Source of the DNA: Nostoc sp. DedSLP01
GTDB taxonomy: Bacteria > Cyanobacteriota > Cyanobacteriia > Cyanobacteriales > Nostocaceae
Direction of reading: 5' to 3'
Assembly: GCA_034530875.2 (NCBI GenBank)
Contig: JAVRCJ020000048.1
Coordinates: forward strand, 1 to 51,226
DNA length: 51,226 nucleotides
The notes beneath the pieces are model-generated. The model worked only from the letters and a program-made list of their open reading frames with translations. It was not told the origin of the DNA and ran no database searches. Each line of letters starts with the position of its first letter. Position 1 is the first letter of the stretch. Position numbers and translations under genes: made by a program. Shown piece after piece: positions 48,334 through 51,226 of this stretch.

Positions 48334-51226
48334 CTATAAATTGATTTTCGAGAGCAGATCGTCAAGATCATCTTGGCTTAAGTCAACTAAAGGAAAATCT
48401 GTAGGCGTATATCCACCGCCTTCAGGAGACTGACAGTGAGCGATTAGCGATCGCAACGCCGAGCTATAATCATTTGCCAGACTTTCGATAGTTTCGCGTC
48501 GATGGACGTTGCGGCTGTAAATCCAAGTCATTTGCAATTGGCCTGCGACAACTGAGCCGATGACATCCAGTAAATAGCTACGCTTTGCTAAAGGACTCAA
48601 AACCTGTCCAGGACTTTCTTGTGCAAATCTTTGCCACATCGTTGAAGACATCATTTGGTCGAATTGCCCCAGGTAGTTAAAACATATCTGCGATCTGGCG
48701 ATCGCTTGCAGTTGTTTGCAAATATCAGCATTTTGACTTAAATACCGCAGGATGCCATAACCAATACCCCGATTAGGAATCCGCCGCAATTGCTCCTTAA
48801 TCGACTTCAGGGCGACTCCCAAATCGGAGGCTGCTTCAAGTTCCAAGCGGACGGGGTAAATGGAGGTAAACCACCCAACAGTGCCCGATAAATCTACATC
48901 TTCAAATAGTTCTTCCCGTCCGTGACCTTCTAGTTCAACCAACAAAGCGCAATTGCCCGTCCACTGAGCAAACGTCTGGACTAATGCAGTCAGCAACACA
49001 TCATTAATTTGAGTATTGTAAACCGATGGCACTTCCTCTAATAAAGCAGTGGTTTCTTCGGCACTCAGGAAAACCGTTATTTTCTCGGTGCTACTTTCTG
49101 TATTGCCTGCTAACCCCGCAGGATAGTCTACAGGGATTGGTCTAATGTCGCGATCGCATTGAGTTAACCAGTAGTCTAACTCCTGCTGGCAGGAGTGCGA
49201 TCGCCCGTAATCTTCTAGTCGAATTGCCCAATCTTGAAAGGAAGTGGTTTTAGGCGGCAGTTGAATAGTTTTTGTCTGCTGCAATTGTTGGTAGGCTGTG
49301 GCTAAGTCTTCTAACAAAATTCGCCACGAAACTCCGTCTACTACTAGGTGATGAACAATTAACAGCAATCTACCAGGGCGATCGTTGCCTAGTTTAAACA
49401 GTACCCCACGCAGTAAAGGCCCTTGTGCCAGGTTCAATGTAGTTTGCAGTTGATTTGCTTGTTGCTCAATTGCTGCTTGATGTTCTTCCTGCCCCAGAGA
49501 TGATAAATCGATAACTTGGAAGGGGACTTGTTGGCAGTCGTCACTATTTTGCTGCTGCCATCCTAATTCATCTTGCACAAACCGCATTCGCAGCGCATCA
49601 TGATGTACGAGCAATTCTTGCAACCCCTGTTCCAATAACTCTGGCTTTAAGTCTGGTGGCACTACCAGCAGCATCGATTGGTTAAAGTGGTGCGGCTCAG
49701 TCCAATTCTCTTCAAAAAACCCATACTGAATCGGTGTGAGGGGGACAATGCCGGTAACTAAACCTTGTTCGGCAACTATAGATATTGTTGTATTTTTAGT
49801 GGCGATCGCTAATTCGGCAATGGTTTGATGCTGAAACAGTTGTTTGGTTGTGATTTGTAGACCTGCCTGATGGGCGCGGGCAATCATTTGAATGCTAATA
49901 ATCGAATCGCCACCCAATTCAAAGAAGTTTTGAAAAACGCTGACTTGTTCTAGGTTTAAGACATCCTGCCAAATTTTTGCTAAAACTTTTTCAGTACAAG
50001 TACGTGGTAAAACAAAGCCATCAGCATCATTATTAACTTCGTATTTCAGTAAGGCTTGGCGGTCAACCTTACCATTAGGGTTAAGCGGTAAGCTTTCTAA
50101 AATTACAAAAGCTGATGGAATCATGTAATCTGGTAGCTTTTGCTTCAAAAAGTCCCGCAATTGATTTTTGAATGAAGATTGTTCGTAAGCAACTACATAA
50201 GCAATCAAGCGTTTAGAACCTGGAATATCTTCAGAGTCGATAACTACTGCATCTTCTACTTGCGGGTGCGAGGTGAGTACGGTTTCAATTTCCCCCAATT
50301 CAATACGGAAACCGCGAATTTTGACTTGGCGATCGATGCGACCGCAAAACTCAATATTACCATCGGGTAAAAAACGCGCTAAATCACCAGTTCTATAAAG
50401 ACGTTGCGATTTTTGCAAAGTCCAATCGATGAATTTCTCTGCTGTTAAATCTGGACGATTGAGATAACCTCTAGCTAAACATTCGCCACCAATATACAAT
50501 TCGCCGAGTACGCCAATAGGCACAGGTTGCTGATATCGATCTAGAATATAGGTTTTGACATTACTAATGGGGCGACCAATCGGTAATATAAAGTGGCGAT
50601 CGCTTGGCTGCAATTGTGAGAATTTAAAGGCTGTCGCATCTACCGTTGTTTCACTGGGGCCGTAGACGTTGAATAATAATGGCGGTTCTTCTTGCCTTTG
50701 GCTACGTATTCTCTCGTCCACATATTTCTGCCATAGCCTTAATGTTTGCTCTTGTGCTGCTTCGCCGCCAATAAATACCAGTCGAATTGATGGGGGAATC
50801 AGCTCTTTGGTGAAGGATAATTCCGAGGTCAACTGATGCCAGTATGCTGTTGGTAGAATCCAGACGCTTATCTGCCATTCTTCGGACTTTTGCAGAAATT
50901 TAGCGATGGAAGTGTAAATTTCTGAGGTGCTTAAAACTAACTTTCCACCACAGGTAAGACAAGGATAAATTTCTGCGGCTGCGGCATCAAAACTAATCGA
51001 TGCAAATTGCAATACACAATCGCGCTTGCCAATTCCGTAATCATATCTTGCAGCACAAGTGAAATTCACTAAAGAGCGATGTTCAATCATTACCCCTTTA
51101 GGCTGCCCGGTAGACCCAGAAGTATAAATCACATAAGCTAAGTTACTAGCTTGGACTTGAGTGTGGGGATTGTTTTGACTTTGAGTGCTAATTGTTTGCC
51201 AATCGCTATCTAAACAGAAAAGCTCT
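48334..51226 (-). CDS. NRPS, 5'-partial: ...A-PCP-E with C-terminal COM donor tail
   Basis: Frame is open to the window edge (LAYVIYTSGSTGQPKG); FFELGGDSI; HHLVVDGVSW; EGHGRE; TPTDFPLVDLSQDDLDDLL. Confidence 0.93.
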   Translation of the reverse strand, partial: ELFCLDSDWQTISTQSQNNPHTQVQASNLAYVIYTSGSTGQPKGVMIEHRSLVNFTCAARYDYGIGKRDCVLQFASISFDAAAAEIYPCLTCGGKLVLSTSEIYTSIAKFLQKSEEWQISVWILPTAYWHQLTSELSFTKELIPPSIRLVFIGGEAAQEQTLRLWQKYVDERIRSQRQEEPPLLFNVYGPSETTVDATAFKFSQLQPSDRHFILPIGRPISNVKTYILDRYQQPVPIGVLGELYIGGECLARGYLNRPDLTAEKFIDWTLQKSQRLYRTGDLARFLPDGNIEFCGRIDRQVKIRGFRIELGEIETVLTSHPQVEDAVVIDSEDIPGSKRLIAYVVAYEQSSFKNQLRDFLKQKLPDYMIPSAFVILESLPLNPNGKVDRQALLKYEVNNDADGFVLPRTCTEKVLAKIWQDVLNLEQVSVFQNFFELGGDSIISIQMIARAHQAGLQITTKQLFQHQTIAELAIATKNTTISIVAEQGLVTGIVPLTPIQYGFFEENWTEPHHFNQSMLLVVPPDLKPELLEQGLQELLVHHDALRMRFVQDELGWQQQNSDDCQQVPFQVIDLSSLGQEEHQAAIEQQANQLQTTLNLAQGPLLRGVLFKLGNDRPGRLLLIVHHLVVDGVSWRILLEDLATAYQQLQQTKTIQLPPKTTSFQDWAIRLEDYGRSHSCQQELDYWLTQCDRDIRPIPVDYPAGLAGNTESSTEKITVFLSAEETTALLEEVPSVYNTQINDVLLTALVQTFAQWTGNCALLVELEGHGREELFEDVDLSGTVGWFTSIYPVRLELEAASDLGVALKSIKEQLRRIPNRGIGYGILRYLSQNADICKQLQAIARSQICFNYLGQFDQMMSSTMWQRFAQESPGQVLSPLAKRSYLLDVIGSVVAGQLQMTWIYSRNVHRRETIESLANDYSSALRSLIAHCQSPEGGGYTPTDFPLVDLSQDDLDDLLSKINL

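Larger units (their letters stand above)
41967..51226. mobile_element. Putative fdxN excision element, nifB-proximal part
   Basis: TATTC at 41967-41971, loss of FdxN similarity two codons later, and no nifS in the following 9 kb. Recombinase and second junction are not visible. Confidence 0.6.

Noticed and set aside
1..51226. tRNA, rRNA or CRISPR arrays
   Set aside because: None recognised by eye; a covariance-model scan was not possible.

Overview
This is chromosomal DNA of a heterocyst-forming cyanobacterium (Nostocales), inferred from dense HIP1 GCGATCGC sites, 7-mer STRR tracts and heterocyst-type nif genes. Bases 1-15.3 kb are housekeeping genes (murB, murC, nadD, gap2, thiL, efp, accB, proS), preceded by a NarL-type regulator that appears interrupted at the window edge. 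15.3-18 kb is a small accessory patch. 18.2-22.4 kb is a leftward cysE(nifP)-nifV-nifZ-nifT cluster and 40.1-42.0 kb is rightward nifB-fdxN. These two nif promoters are near-copies of each other, each with three TGAGTACA-type boxes. They are separated by a ~16.5 kb island of toxin-antitoxin/HNH cassettes, a NACHT-HEAT protein, a kinase-TPR, a tectonin-like lectin and xisH/xisI. The most notable signal is that fdxN loses homology just after the TATTC core used by the known fdxN excision element. Instead of nifS, a convergent NRPS cluster follows (two D-amino-acid modules, terminal C domain, no thioesterase). This suggests a peptide biosynthetic cluster carried on DNA excised during heterocyst differentiation. 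The other junction and xisF would lie outside the window, so this remains a hypothesis. All calls are by inspection; no database searches were run.
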